In this document: in pieces, positions 51,884 through 64,000 of the stretch | How positions within the stretch are numbered: the first letter of the stretch is position 1 | Layout of the letters: the number at the start of each line of letters is the position of its first letter | NCBI GenBank assembly: GCA_013239625.1 | Contig: MU054220.1 | Coordinates: 930,848 to 994,847 of the forward strand | Origin: Lama guanicoe | Lineage: Eukaryota | Reading direction: 5' to 3' | DNA: 64,000 bases | Program-made: the position numbers and the translations under genes | Notes under the pieces: generated by a model | Told to the model about the DNA's origin: nothing | What the model saw: only the letters and a program-made list of their open reading frames with translations | Databases searched by the model: none

Positions 51884-52810
51884 ATGGCTCTTCTCACGCC
51901 TCCCAACAATGTGACTGAATTTGTTCTCTTGGGACTCACACAGGATCCACACTTGCAGAAAATACTCTTCTTTGTCTTTTTGCTCATTTTCCTATTTACC
52001 GTGTTGGCCAATCTGCTCATGGTCATCACCATCTTCCTCAGCCCTGCACTTTCAGCTCCCATGTACTTCTTTCTCACTTACTTGTCCTTCATAGATGCTT
52101 CCTACACATGTGTCACCACCCCCAAAATGCTCATTGACCTGCTGCATCAGAGGAAAACCATCTCCTGGGGTGGCTGCCTGACTCAGCTCTTTGTGGAACA
52201 TTTCCTGGGAGGATCAGAAATTATCCTCCTCATTATCATGGCTTATGACCGCTATGTGGCCATCTGCAAGCCTCTGCACTACACAACCATCATGCAACAG
52301 GGGCTCTGCCAGCTCCTGGTGGTGGTGGACTGGATTGGGGGGATCCTACATGCCACTGTGCAGATTCTTCTCATGGTCAACTTGCCATTCTGTGGTCCCA
52401 ATGTCATTGACCACTTCATGTGTGATCTCTTTCCACTGTTGAAGCTTGCCTGCAGTGACACCTACCTGCTTGGAGTGGTGGTGGCAGCTAACAGTGGGGC
52501 CATGTGCTTACTCATTTTTTCCATGCTACTCATCTCCTACATAGTCATCCTGAGCTCCCTGAAGTCCCATGGCTCTGAAGGGCGACGCAAAGCCCTCTCT
52601 ACCTGTGGCTCCCACTTTACAGTAGTGGTGCTTTTTTTTGTGCCTTGTATATTCACCTACATGCGTCCTGTGGCCACCTACTCTCTGGACAAATTAGTAA
52701 CTGTCTTCTTTGCAATCCTCACTCCCATGTTAAATCCTATCATTTACACAGTGAGAAACACTGAGGTGAAAAATGCCATTAGGAGTTTGTTGAAGAGAAG
52801 GGTAACTTAG
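51884..52810 (+). CDS. Olfactory receptor, family 4C (possibly OR4C1-type), 308 aa intact ORF
   Basis: Full 7TM ORF with [31 protein letters not shown] and [12 protein letters not shown]. Acceptor tctcttgctag ends at 51848. Confidence 0.93.
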   Translation: MALLTPPNNVTEFVLLGLTQDPHLQKILFFVFLLIFLFTVLANLLMVITIFLSPALSAPMYFFLTYLSFIDASYTCVTTPKMLIDLLHQRKTISWGGCLTQLFVEHFLGGSEIILLIIMAYDRYVAICKPLHYTTIMQQGLCQLLVVVDWIGGILHATVQILLMVNLPFCGPNVIDHFMCDLFPLLKLACSDTYLLGVVVAANSGAMCLLIFSMLLISYIVILSSLKSHGSEGRRKALSTCGSHFTVVVLFFVPCIFTYMRPVATYSLDKLVTVFFAILTPMLNPIIYTVRNTEVKNAIRSLLKRRVT

Positions 52811-53922
52811 ACTATTCATGATGCCAAGAAAGTGAGGATTTATATAAATATAGAGGATTATATCTATCATAAAACATGAAAGAAAATTAAACATTTTGCA
52901 GATCATTGACAGAAAAATTAAAGCCCAGAAACTAACACTCACTGAGTATATAAAACATGGCTAGTCCCTTTGTTGATGCTTTTAATAATTTTTAATGTAT
53001 TTTATTAAGGCTTCAACATTCAAGTGCCTAGATTCAGGGTATGCAATGGAAAGAACATCTATAAATCCTTGGTTTGATGATTCTACAGTATGTATTTCTG
53101 CAGAGCCTCACCGCTACTTTACTAAATTCTTTATACATATGTTACTTGGATGAAACTGACTTTGCCATAGGTGTAGCGATCTATTTCAGCCATACAGGAT
53201 TTCCTCATTTTCCAAAAGTTGGCATTACACCACTTGTTTCTTTAACAAAAAGACCTACATTTGGGCTTGTTTTCAGTAACTGAAATAAATCTGAAGAGGA
53301 CTTCTGCCTTTGTGAAAACAAAAGCTATTACTACACTAATGTGGCATTTTTCCATGATACAATCTTTAGGAAAGCAGATGGCACCTGTAATGCTCCTCTA
53401 CGCACGTGGGAAATACCAGGTCATTCTACATTATTACATAACTCTTCATAAGTCAAAGCTTCTCTGATTACAGCACGCCAACTTGTGTTACTTCAAACAG
53501 CTATCCCTTCCTCAAACTCACTGTTCCTCTGGGGCTATTTCTTCCATAATTTTACCATATGGTTTTGCTTGAGCATTGTACACCTGTTTTTGTGGTGACC
53601 ATTTACTAGCTTATGTTTGTAAAAACTCATAATAAATAGAAGCTTTTCCCACAATGTCAAAGCTTGGAGGATGACATAATTAACATTTAATCTATTAAAA
53701 TGATCACATTTGCAATGGATGGCAAGAATTAAACATAACAGAATCTAGACTAAATCATGTATGGTTCATTTTGCCTTATGCCTGTTAGATAAATGAGAGT
53801 AAACCAGAGGTAATGAGAGGAAAAGTATTGAGTTTCTACTCTAAGACAAAAGGGAGGATTTGAAGAGGGAAATTAAGGCCAATGGTTGTGTCTTAAGGGC
53901 TATGACAAGGGCTCAGTGGAGA

Positions 53923-55379
53923 GGTAAACAAATTAGCAAGGTACAAATTATAAATTGTCAACAGCAAACTTTGAAAGTGTAAGGACTGAAGAAGGAAATG
54001 TAAGGCATTCTGACCTTGGTGGATGAAGTTTTGCTGGTTTGTGAATAATTTAAAAGAATGTTAAGATGTTCCTTTGTATTCATCATCAAGAATCTCATGA
54101 GGATCTGCCACCTGATTATTTCTGATTCTTAAAAAATATATAAGGAAATATGTTTCTCCTAAAAATTAGTGAGATAAATAAAATTTGGTTTTGTTGTATA
54201 AGGATATTTTGGTTTAATCTGGACTTTTAATTCAGTGAAAACATTAGGCAATAAGTAAGGTGAGTGAGCTATTTTTGATGGTCGACTATGAGGCGTACAT
54301 TTTGATACGCTCTTTAATACATTAACTCTTTTAAGGTAGCAGCATTTATTATTAGATTTTTATTCCATGTTATACAAGAAGAAAATGAGACTTAATGAGG
54401 TTAAACAACAATATCAAGTCTCTGAAACTCTACTTCCTCTACTTTTCACACTTCTTCACAATACATTTTCTTATCATGATGTGAAAATCCCAAAACACAG
54501 ATCTGATTATTGGCTGTGTGAAGATTGTCATTGGGGCATTCTTCTTTTATTTTTGGCAACGGGGCACTTTCTCTCTTCAGGTCTCCCTTGACCTCCATTT
54601 CCCAGGCTCCTTGCTCTCTCTTGGTTCCTCTTGTGTCAGGGAAAAGCCATCTGATGATCTCTTTTCTGAGGATATATTACCCTCCATGGACATTATGAAA
54701 AGTCAAATGTCATGGGCTCAAGAAATGAAATTCATAGAAAGTGACACTTAGATGAAAGGTATTTGGAGGAAAAATAAACAGCTCAATCACTAAGGAGATT
54801 AATACCCTGTTGATTCTAAGGACAGCACCTTGAAGAGCTAAATAGGTACTAATTCCACAGGGCTTTCTCATTGTTATCCCATAGTGTTAATTTTATTCCT
54901 GGAAAAATGGCTCCATAGTCAATTCAGTTTAGGAAATTTTGACTGACTTAATTTACTGAAAAAATACTGTTCAGTGCCTACAGTGGGTCATAGAGATAAG
55001 GGAGCTGTGTATTCAACATTGAATAATACAAACAGGATTGTGTTTGTGTGGAACTTACATTCCAGTGGGTAGCAGATGGATAATAAACTAGTAAACAAAC
55101 AAATTATAAAATATAATTTTGTTAGTAATGGGTATGATGAAAAATATTTTGTAAGAAGATGATCCAGGAGACAATTGGATATAAATTTGTGTAATTGTTT
55201 GAGACACAGGTAGAATTTTATTTAGGATCAAGTATAAATAACTACATTATTCCCCCTTCATTTAAAAAATAAGTAGGTTACTCTAACACATGTATTTTAA
55301 ATGGGGACAGTATGGTCCCCAAGTAGGTAAAAATGGTTTCTTGAGGAGTGAAAATATCTTACTATTTTTTCTAAATAAA

Positions 55380-55410
<31 letters not shown>

Positions 55411-55746
55411 TATAACACATAAAAAGTAGTGTAATTACAGTATTATTATTTTAAAGGGGGAGGTGATTAAGGGAGCAGAATGCCCAAGAAAGTGCCTTTG
55501 GAGGACAATAATATAAAAAGTTTAAGGCATACTGCCCCAACTACTGTCTAAATGGTTAGCTATGAGCACGGAGTAACTTTGGAATGTTAGTAAAGGTCAT
55601 CCAAACACAGATGTTGGCCCATCACCTATGAGGATCATATTCAGTAAAATTGAGAGGTCTTCCTTCTCAGGAGACTTCCCAGAATGTATGGTCAATGATG
55701 CTAATGAATCAGCTGGAATCTGTGAAGTGTGTTGTAATTTTAGGAG

Positions 55747-55784
<38 letters not shown>

Positions 55785-55866
55785 GTATGTGTATATATAT
55801 ATGTATATATATGTGTATATATATATGTATATATATGTGTATATATATATGTATATATATATATAT

Positions 55867-55910
<44 letters not shown>

Positions 55911-57623
55911 TTTACTACTGAAAGCTGAAAAAGAATGAAGGCTATAACCCCAAATATTTCTAAATTGAAAACATGTCATTTGAGAACACTAATTGTTATG
56001 AAGTAAGAAAGACTTTAGTCCTTGATTTTTTCTCGCTGAGGAACATTTTTGAATTCTGTATAATGGCAACTCTCCTGCAGATACATGTGATACAACTTTA
56101 ATAACAGCCTTAAAGGACATGGAGAGCACCACATTAGGTGATAGAGAAATTGGGCCTGGTACGAGGTAGGTGGCCAAGAACAAGTCCTGTTGATTTTCTT
56201 TATGTAAATTATCAGGCAGATAATCGTGTGGCCGTTCTTCTATTGAAGAAGAAGAACTCAGTTGTTGAACAAATAACTGAACTGTTAATAGCATGACCTG
56301 GCTTTGTGAGGGTGGAGTGTCAGCTTGGCCTGGCTTCAGTGACGCTCTGCCCCTGGGAGAAGTGGATCGTTGCAGGGACAGATGGGATTTCACTGGCGTG
56401 GTGATTGGTGCCTCCGTCAGTACAGACACAGCCTCAAAGGGATGCCGTTGAAATGATGCAAGTCTGCACATGATGAAATCATGTGCCAATTAAAACGGGC
56501 ACCGTGCCCTCTTTTAGCCCAAGTCTGCTACCCAAAGGAGAACATCTTAGTAATGATGTTTCTTGTAAGATGTGGACTGGAAAGTGTTTACAAAATAAAC
56601 TCAAATACAGCTAACTGGCACAGTTCCATGATTTCGTAAACAGCTTATCTGTCTGCCTTTTTTGGGAGGGGGCAACCTTTCCCATTTTGATGAAATTTGA
56701 ATTCCTTTGTCATCCACAAGAGTTGTTTCCTATATAAATCTTTGGACACTTAGAACATCTGTTTTAATTCTCTCTTTACAATCATTAGAAACTCTGGTCC
56801 TATCAAAATAACTCCTCATGTAGTGATTGAATGATCTGCTCCCACTGCAGGTCCTAATTTACCTGCCTCCAGGCTTAGATTTGCTGAGTTGATATCCTAA
56901 TGTGTCATGATTCCCAGCTCTTTTGTAGGTGGAAGTCCGTGTAAGTATATCCTGGATGGGGCTGGAGCTTCGGTTACCCGAGCATGATCCTAGAAAATTT
57001 AATTGCACAATGTCTGCCTTCTTCTTAGAGGGACCACCAGGTGACTGCCTTTCAGAGGTTACAGAGGTGACATGAGACTGAGCTTTGGAGTTGATGTTAA
57101 CAACTTTTTTGAGTATATGAAACATGTTCTTTTTAATTTGAAGCACTATTTTGAAATCATTGAAATAGTCTTATTGAATCACTTACATGCATGCATGATA
57201 ATGTTTAAAATGTGCCAGGAGTTCACCTGTTTTGTCTGTATAGGCAAATTGCAGCCTCAGGATGGACTGCCTTGAGCTATCAATAGATTTTAGCTTAACT
57301 TACTTTAATCTCTTTTGACATAACTGAAATTTAAATGTCTACCTTCTGGTTTCTATTCGGATCATGAGATTAGGAACTAAAATAGTGTGTTTACATTTCA
57401 GAGGCTGTGTCTTAGGAAAAGAAGGAACAGGAGCGTCTGGTCTGTACAGGTTAGTTTTAGACAGAGATTATATTTTTATGTATTTCTGTATGGAGTAAAA
57501 CACATAAATGACTGTACATAAAGCTACACACAAATGCAGATCTGAAGAGCGTGCACTGAACTACTGATAGAGGGTCAAGTGAGCCCTTATGTTTGGGAGT
57601 GGTCCTTTGACTGAAAACTTTCT
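53923..57623 (+). repeat. Inverted segmental duplication, right arm part A (true outer end not determinable)
   Basis: Reverse complement of 1-3574. Confidence 0.97.
55746..55902. repeat. Compound (TA)n/(TG)/(CA) microsatellite
   Basis: Directly visible. It is the source of the YIYI-type ORFs. Confidence 0.97.
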
Positions 57624-58091
57624 CTCATTCTATCTCTGTAAACTATTCTCCATTGACCATGTTTTACTTTTATAACTCTTAGAAATAAAATGTTTTTATG
57701 TAAACTATTCTACTTTGGTTAGAGCTGTGTTTTAGAAAATAGTTTTGGTAGACTTTTCTCTTTAAGTCAATTCAGGAACTTGCATCCTGCCAAGTGTTGA
57801 GGAGTCACTAAGCTGACCTCCTGCTCGCTGGCTGAGCATTTGATTGGTGTGTATATAAACGCATGATTCAAAGGTTGGGGGCCTGTTTTTAAAGTAGTGT
57901 GTGGTCAGTAGCAGTCTCCTCATGCTGGGATAAGAAATGAGGAGGCTGATCTAGGCCTTTTACATGTATAAAATCCTTTAATCTGTACAACAACCCTGTG
58001 GGGTAAGTGACATTACGTTCTGATTTTACAAGAATGAAACAAGCATGGAGAGGTTGTCTGGCGTAGCACGGGTCCTCAGAAGAAAGAACTA

Positions 58092-58782
58092 GCTTACTTC
58101 ACTTAGAATGACACCCTCTAAGTCAGTCCATGTTGCTGCAAATGATATTATTTTATTTTATTTACAGCAAAGTAGAATTCTATTATATAAACATACCACA
58201 ACTTCTTATCTAGTCATCTGTTGATGGACATTTAGGCTGTTTCCATGTCTTGGCTGTTGTGAATAGTGTTGCTAGGAACATTGGGATCCATGTATCTTTT
58301 CAAATTAGAGTTCCCTGCAGATGTATACTCAGAAGGGGGATTGCAGGATATGGTGAGTCTATTTTTAGTTTTTTTGAGGAATCTCCATTCTGTTTTCCAT
58401 AATGGCTGCACCAAACAGCATTTCCACCAGCAGTGTAAAAAGGTTCCCTTTTCTCCACACCCTCTCAAGCATTTATTATTCATGGACTTGAATGACAGCC
58501 ATTCTGACTGGTGTGACATGATACCTCATTGTTGATAATCATTCAAAGGGAGGTAAGCCAGAAAGAGAAAGAAAAAATAGCACATGATAACACTCATATG
58601 TGGAATCTGAAGGAAAAAAAAAGAAAAAAGAAGACATTACGAACTCATCTACAAAACAGAAACAGACTCACAGACATAGTGAAGAATCTTACAGTTACTG
58701 GGGAAATGGGGTGGGAAGGGATAAATTTGGGAGTTTGAGATTTGCAAATGTTAGCCACTATATATAAAAACAGATTTAAAAA
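58092..58782 (+). mobile_element. Young LINE-1 with 5' inversion (twin priming) and 14-bp TSD
   Basis: Antisense part ~58092-58532, sense part ~58533-58782. TSD agaagaaagaacta at 58078-58091 and 58783-58796. Confidence 0.9.
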
Positions 58783-61700
58783 AGAAGAAAGAACTAACCT
58801 CTGTGAAAAATTAAGAATGTACACAGGTTTCTTTAACGATATAGTGCTTACTAATTACTTCCAACTGAACATTGGTCTGGCGAGATGCATCTATTCAAGA
58901 CACCTCATACCTCAGGTTAATAGGGGTGAATATGACCAAGTTTTATGAGACACACAAAACATGCCAGGACATCGCAATGTTTAATAAACATTTCAGCTAT
59001 AATTTAACATTTTAAATTACATTTCAGTGTTTCTAAGGTTGAATATTAAATTTTAAACTCTAACACTAGGAACTTAATATAAATGCGCAACAACTCTGAG
59101 AAAACAAGTGAGATTTAGACAGAATGTATGATTTCTAATTAAATATAACCCTGGAAGGTCTGTAATAAAATCCGGGTTTTTCTGATGTCAAAGTTCATAA
59201 ATTTCAACCATATACACTAGGTCTCCCCTTCTTTCTTCTTGCCTTGTTCATACTCCTGTCCTTCTTGCTCACTTTCTAAATTTTAAATTTATAAGATTAG
59301 AATTGTCTGAATTCTTTTGTCAAGGGCTGGCTCATTTCATCTTTTTTGAAGTCTGTAAAGCATACTGACACTTCCCCTTCTGGAGCTTATTTTGCACATG
59401 CACTGTTTCAGGAGTGCTCGTTTGGACTCCCTCTTTATGGAGAGGGCTTTGCCTTGAATCCCTTGTACTAACAGACATGCTATTAAATGAGACATACGTA
59501 CAGTCTAGGTAATAATCAGGCAAATGAAGAAATGTAATTCCTCACTTCTTTATATGAGCAGTCTTTTGAGCAATGGCATTTCACAGGAACACTGGAAAGA
59601 AACAGACAACATCACAAAGAGGATCTGAAGGCAGTGATTCAACACTCAACTGGGAGTCCAGGTGTGGTCCAGCTCTTGGTTTTGGCTAAAGTGTGTCTAG
59701 GATTAAAAATGGTAAAGATGGAAGATGGTAAATGAGATTCTTGAGCCTGACTCTCAGAGGAAGAGCAGCCAGGCTCTGAGAACAGTGCTCTCTCAATTCT
59801 GGACGAAGAGGCTGGTGCTGGTTTGCCTGGGCCCATGTTCTAAGAAGTTTTCTTTGGATGAATTCAACTTCATGAATGTAATTAAATGAACTTAAATGAC
59901 TAGTGTGTACACAGTACCACATTCAAAATTTGATGGAAAGAGAATCAATTAGCTCTCCCTAAGCATCCACATAGGAGTTAAAATTAACATGAAATTAAAA
60001 AAAATTATCTAAGGAGCTAATTGAATGAAAACTGATTTGCAACCTATACACACACGTAGCAGTTATCCAGGACACCAGTTGAAGGGGGTCTTGGGGCATG
60101 AAGTGAGGCTGAAAGAGGAGTGGCAATGGATTTGTTTAACAGATGGCACAGGCATAGGAAGCAAGAAGTCAGGAGCTTATAGTAATAAAAAGATAATCAT
60201 GATGAATTATTAGTGTTCTCCAAGCATTCTCATGCCTGCTACTTCCTTCAATCCCCAAGGAAGTGTTGTGAGGCAGGGCATACAATACTTGGAGGAGCTG
60301 AGAGGATACTGGTCAGTAGCCTGAGTGATGAACCTAATCCCACAGACACCAAGAGTCATTGGGCAGGTTACACAGGTTCTGCGAACCATATCCACTGCAT
60401 TAGAAAACGCTAAATACAATGCTAGTTCATATCTCATATGGATTCTGTGGGAATTAAAAAAGAAAACCATGAAGATCTTAGCACAGAAACCTCAAATAAT
60501 AACTCCTTGACACATACTGACTTTAACTGCTGCTGCATTATTTTATTTTCACAGGACTTGAAGACTCTGCAGTCAGTAAGTGGCCTGACTGCAGTGGAGA
60601 GCTAAGTCTGTTCACCCTCGAACCCATGGCCTTTCCCACCGTACAGAACAGACTGAGGTGTGTTCTGGCAGTAAGAGGTGGGCTTGACTGCACTGGGAGG
60701 GAATCATAGAGAAATATGAGGTTGACTACTCTGGGGGAGGGTCTTGAATTCAGACTGGGAAGTTGAGATGTGGACCAGCAGTCAATATAGTTCTGTGATG
60801 AGGTCACAGATTTTAATACAGAAGAGGTATTATTATCTATTGTGTTCTAGACTATTTTGCTTTTAAATATTTTAAGTCATGAGAAGGTGCAAAGGGAATC
60901 TTAATTTGAAGTGTAAACATTTAAAGCAGATAAGAGCCAAGCTGCTGTGTTTCAAAGGGACAGAGTCCCTAAAACAGCTCCTTCAAACTCCTCATTCTTG
61001 AAAACTCCACCACAATGGCCTGACTCTCCAGATGAGGAAACTGGGTTCCAGAGTGGTGAGCGATGTAACAACACATTCTAGGAGTTAGAAGGACAACCTG
61101 GAATGAAACCCCACCATCCTCATTTCCCAGAACGTGTCCCTTCTACTTCATTGGGGCTATTAAAGAATGTTTTAATTTCTTGGACTGGAAATGGGAGGGG
61201 TTCTGTTAAGCTATATTGTAGATTTGTGAAGAGCATCCTGGGAGCCATGTGCTTTATTTAGTAAGAGGAATGGTTCTAAGAATGAGCCTTTGTGTATTTA
61301 GAAGGGTTGTAGAGAATGAGTTGCTTACATCCCTGTTTAAAGCAATGGTCTCTATTATATTTTCACCAAGTGACAGACAGCCTCTGCTTAAGTACCTCAA
61401 GCAAAGAGAAGTTTGCCAATGATGTGGTTCTTTTACCACATCATTTGACTCTATTAACAATTGTATTTAGCCAGTTGAGGCCACTGCTCACTTCTTCAGC
61501 GGTAAAGTGTAACAGTGAAGGACTTGTATTTCAAAATGGGATTACCTCGATTCATAATCCCTGCTCAATATTATCATAGAAGAAACAACATACCTTGTTA
61601 TCAGTATTGATTTTGATTCAGGAAAATCTGGATTTGCAATATTTACTAGCTGTGGTGACTTAGAGTCATTTTTTTTTTTGCCTCTTTATGTCCTAGTGTC

Positions 61701-61964
61701 TTATCTCTAAATGAAGAAAATAGAATACTCCATTGCCTGAAACAGTGTAGTGATTCATTGAATAGTCACAGTATGTAATAATAATCCACCTGGAGAAGAA
61801 GAAATGTAAATGGAAAAAGTATAGATTCTTAACAAGTGGAAAGTCTTTGGGATATGACCCTTCTGTCTTGTAGGCTCTTCAACTAGCACATTCTAGGTGC
61901 TCAATAAGTATATGGAATAAATGAAAGAGAATTTGAATGAGATGCTCTAAGTTCTTGGACTTGT

Positions 61965-62427
61965 GTGTGTCTAGTGATAGATTAAGGTCAGCTTCCCAGC
62001 TTGAGCTTCCTCAGGGGCAGTGGATGAGTGACAGGCTTGTGTGTAGGTAGTTTGTTGGGAAACAGAATGGAGGCCGTAGATTGGGTGAGTGAAACAGGGA
62101 AGAACAGAAAGTGAATCCAAGATTGTGTTAAGCTGGTTACCATTTATCCACTGGCTCCTGTCTACTAATGAACGAGGGTTTCCTGAAATTACGTTAATTC
62201 TTCATAGAGCCAGGTGTATGTAAGTGATGAAGAAGGGTCTTCTAAGTGTCTCAAGCAGCAACTGTCTGGAAGGAAAGCAAGAGGTACACTGGAAAGAGAT
62301 GTTGGGGGGATTAGTAGGATGAAGCTGCTCTTAGAATATAATTGTTAGCAGCTGGTTGCTGTATCCATAGCTGGAGAAAAAGTAGGTCAAGAGGGTATAA
62401 GATAGAGTGCAAAAAATGTCCAACACA
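61965..62427 (-). mobile_element. Old ERVL-type LTR remnant (LTR33-like)
   Basis: caggcttgtgtgtaggtagtttgttggga...gaaacagggaag...gctggttacc...gagggtataagatagagtgcaaaaaatgtccaaca resembles recalled LTR33 antisense. Confidence 0.5.
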
Positions 62428-62500
62428 CTCAATAATTACAAATCATATTTTTTGTAGATTTTCTAGCTCAGAGAGATAAGCTTATATCAGACCACAGTGA

Positions 62501-63442
62501 ATGGAGAATCTGAACAATATGACTGAATTCATTCTTTTGGGCATTACAAAGAATCCAGAGCTGAGGAAAATACTCTCTGCTGTGTTTCTAATCATGTATG
62601 TGTCCACCATCTTGGGAAACCTCCTCATTGTGGTAACCATGGTCACAGATCAGAGTTTGAGATCACCTATGTATTTTTTTCTTACCTCCTTTTCCCTCAT
62701 GGATACAACCTTCTCTTCTGTCATTGCCCCCAAGTTGATTGTGGACTCCCTCTCTGAGAGCACTACCATCTCCTTCAAAGGCTGCATGGCCCAGCTCTTT
62801 GCAGATCATTTGTTTGGTGGAGTGGGGATTATCCTTCTCTTTGTCATGGCCTATGACCGCTACGTGGCCATCTGTAAGCCCCTGCACTACATGACCATCA
62901 TGAGGCCTCGGGTGTGCTGTCTGTTGCTGGGAGGGGCCTGGCTGGGGGGACTTTTCCATGCAGTTATACAACTTCTCTTCATGTATCAAATACCCTTCTG
63001 TGGCCCCAATGTCATTGATCACTTTATGTGTGATTTGTTCCCATTGTTGAAACTGGCCTGCATGGACACCCACATCCTGGGCCTCTTGGTCATCCTCAAC
63101 AGTGGGGTGATGTGTCTGGCCATCTTCCTTATCCTCATCACCTCCTACGTGGTCATCCTCTGCTCCCTGAACTCCTGCAGCTCTGAAGGATGGCATAAAG
63201 CTCTCTCCACCTGTGGCTCCCACCTCACGGTAGTCATCTTGTTCTTTGTGCCGTGCATTTTCTTGTATGTGAGGCCTGTTGTTACCTACCCCATAGACAA
63301 GGCAATGGCCGTGTCTTCTGCTATCATCACACCCATGTTAAATCCCTTGATCTACACCTTGAGGAACACAGAGGTGAAAAACGCCATGAGGAAACTGTGG
63401 ATGAAACAAGCAACCTTGTGTGGCCATTATCTTATATGCTAA
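62501..63442 (+). CDS. OR4C6-like: Olfactory receptor OR4C6-like, 313 aa intact ORF
   Basis: Full 7TM ORF with OR4C6-type motifs [33 protein letters not shown] and [15 protein letters not shown]. Acceptor ttttgtag ends at 62457. Confidence 0.95.
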   Translation: MENLNNMTEFILLGITKNPELRKILSAVFLIMYVSTILGNLLIVVTMVTDQSLRSPMYFFLTSFSLMDTTFSSVIAPKLIVDSLSESTTISFKGCMAQLFADHLFGGVGIILLFVMAYDRYVAICKPLHYMTIMRPRVCCLLLGGAWLGGLFHAVIQLLFMYQIPFCGPNVIDHFMCDLFPLLKLACMDTHILGLLVILNSGVMCLAIFLILITSYVVILCSLNSCSSEGWHKALSTCGSHLTVVILFFVPCIFLYVRPVVTYPIDKAMAVSSAIITPMLNPLIYTLRNTEVKNAMRKLWMKQATLCGHYLIC

Positions 63443-64000
63443 GAACAAATCTTTCCTAAAGGACAATGAGGTTCTACACTCCCCATTCATTCTAATCCAC
63501 TGGGGGCACAGCAACCAATTATGCAAATCTGGTTTAAGATGCAAATATGGTTAATATTCAAATCATGTTACTGTCTACCTCTCAAGTATATTTTATATTT
63601 TATCCTTTTTCTTGAGGCTCTGATAGCTCTCATTCTCTCCTCTCTGTCTCTCTTTCTTCCTCCATATTTAACTTATATTTTGAATAATTCAAACATTTCC
63701 CAGTTTAGGGCTTTTGTTTTTCTTACTCTGTGCACTGTTGGAATTCTCTTTCCCAGAGATTTTACTTCACAGATTCCATCTCATTGTTTTACACTTTCAG
63801 ATGAACTCCCATCTTCTTCAGCAAGTCTTTCCTGATGACTTTCTGTAGTCATTCCCTCTCAGTTTTTCTCTAACTCTTCATCTGCTTATACCTCTAACAT
63901 GAATGATTACAAGCTATACTTTAAAAATTATTTCTTGATTTTTATTTTCTCCATTTTCCCATAAAATCATAATCCTTGTAAGGCCAGGGAGTTTGTTTAT

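Noticed and set aside
55597..55979. Four overlapping Tyr/Ile-rich ORFs
   Set aside because: Translation of a (TA)n microsatellite.
62663..63223. 186-aa antisense ORF within the OR4C6-like gene
   Set aside because: A shadow ORF from OR codon usage. Shorter similar shadows occur opposite the other ORs (25485-25679, 33106-33288).

Overview
Mammalian, AT-rich genomic DNA from an olfactory receptor family 4 (OR4A/OR4C) cluster. The young LINE-1 3' ends resemble camelid L1, so a camelid source is plausible but inferred from memory. There are eight OR loci. Four have intact ORFs: OR4A47-like 16924-17847, OR4A16-like 32716-33663, OR4C-like 51884-52810 and OR4C6-like 62501-63442. Four are pseudogenes: 5503-6368 (-), 6968-7882, 24962-25874 and 44084-45036. 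The intergenic DNA holds L1, L2, MIR, MaLR/ERVL LTR and hAT remnants. The main unexplained structure is an inverted segmental duplication: 1-6368 is the reverse complement of 44168-57623, minus a ~6.9 kb block that carries the intact OR4C gene. Its inner breakpoint cuts one OR inside the coding region and removes the upstream region of a second. The two arms mix perfectly identical tracts with roughly 90-95% identical flanks, which suggests gene conversion. An older direct duplication (6369-11347 vs 16328-20858) produced the OR4A47-like pair. I found no evidence of a novel protein-coding or RNA-based system. Gene and repeat names come from recalled similarity, not database searches. Identity values were counted or estimated by eye, and repeat boundaries are approximate.
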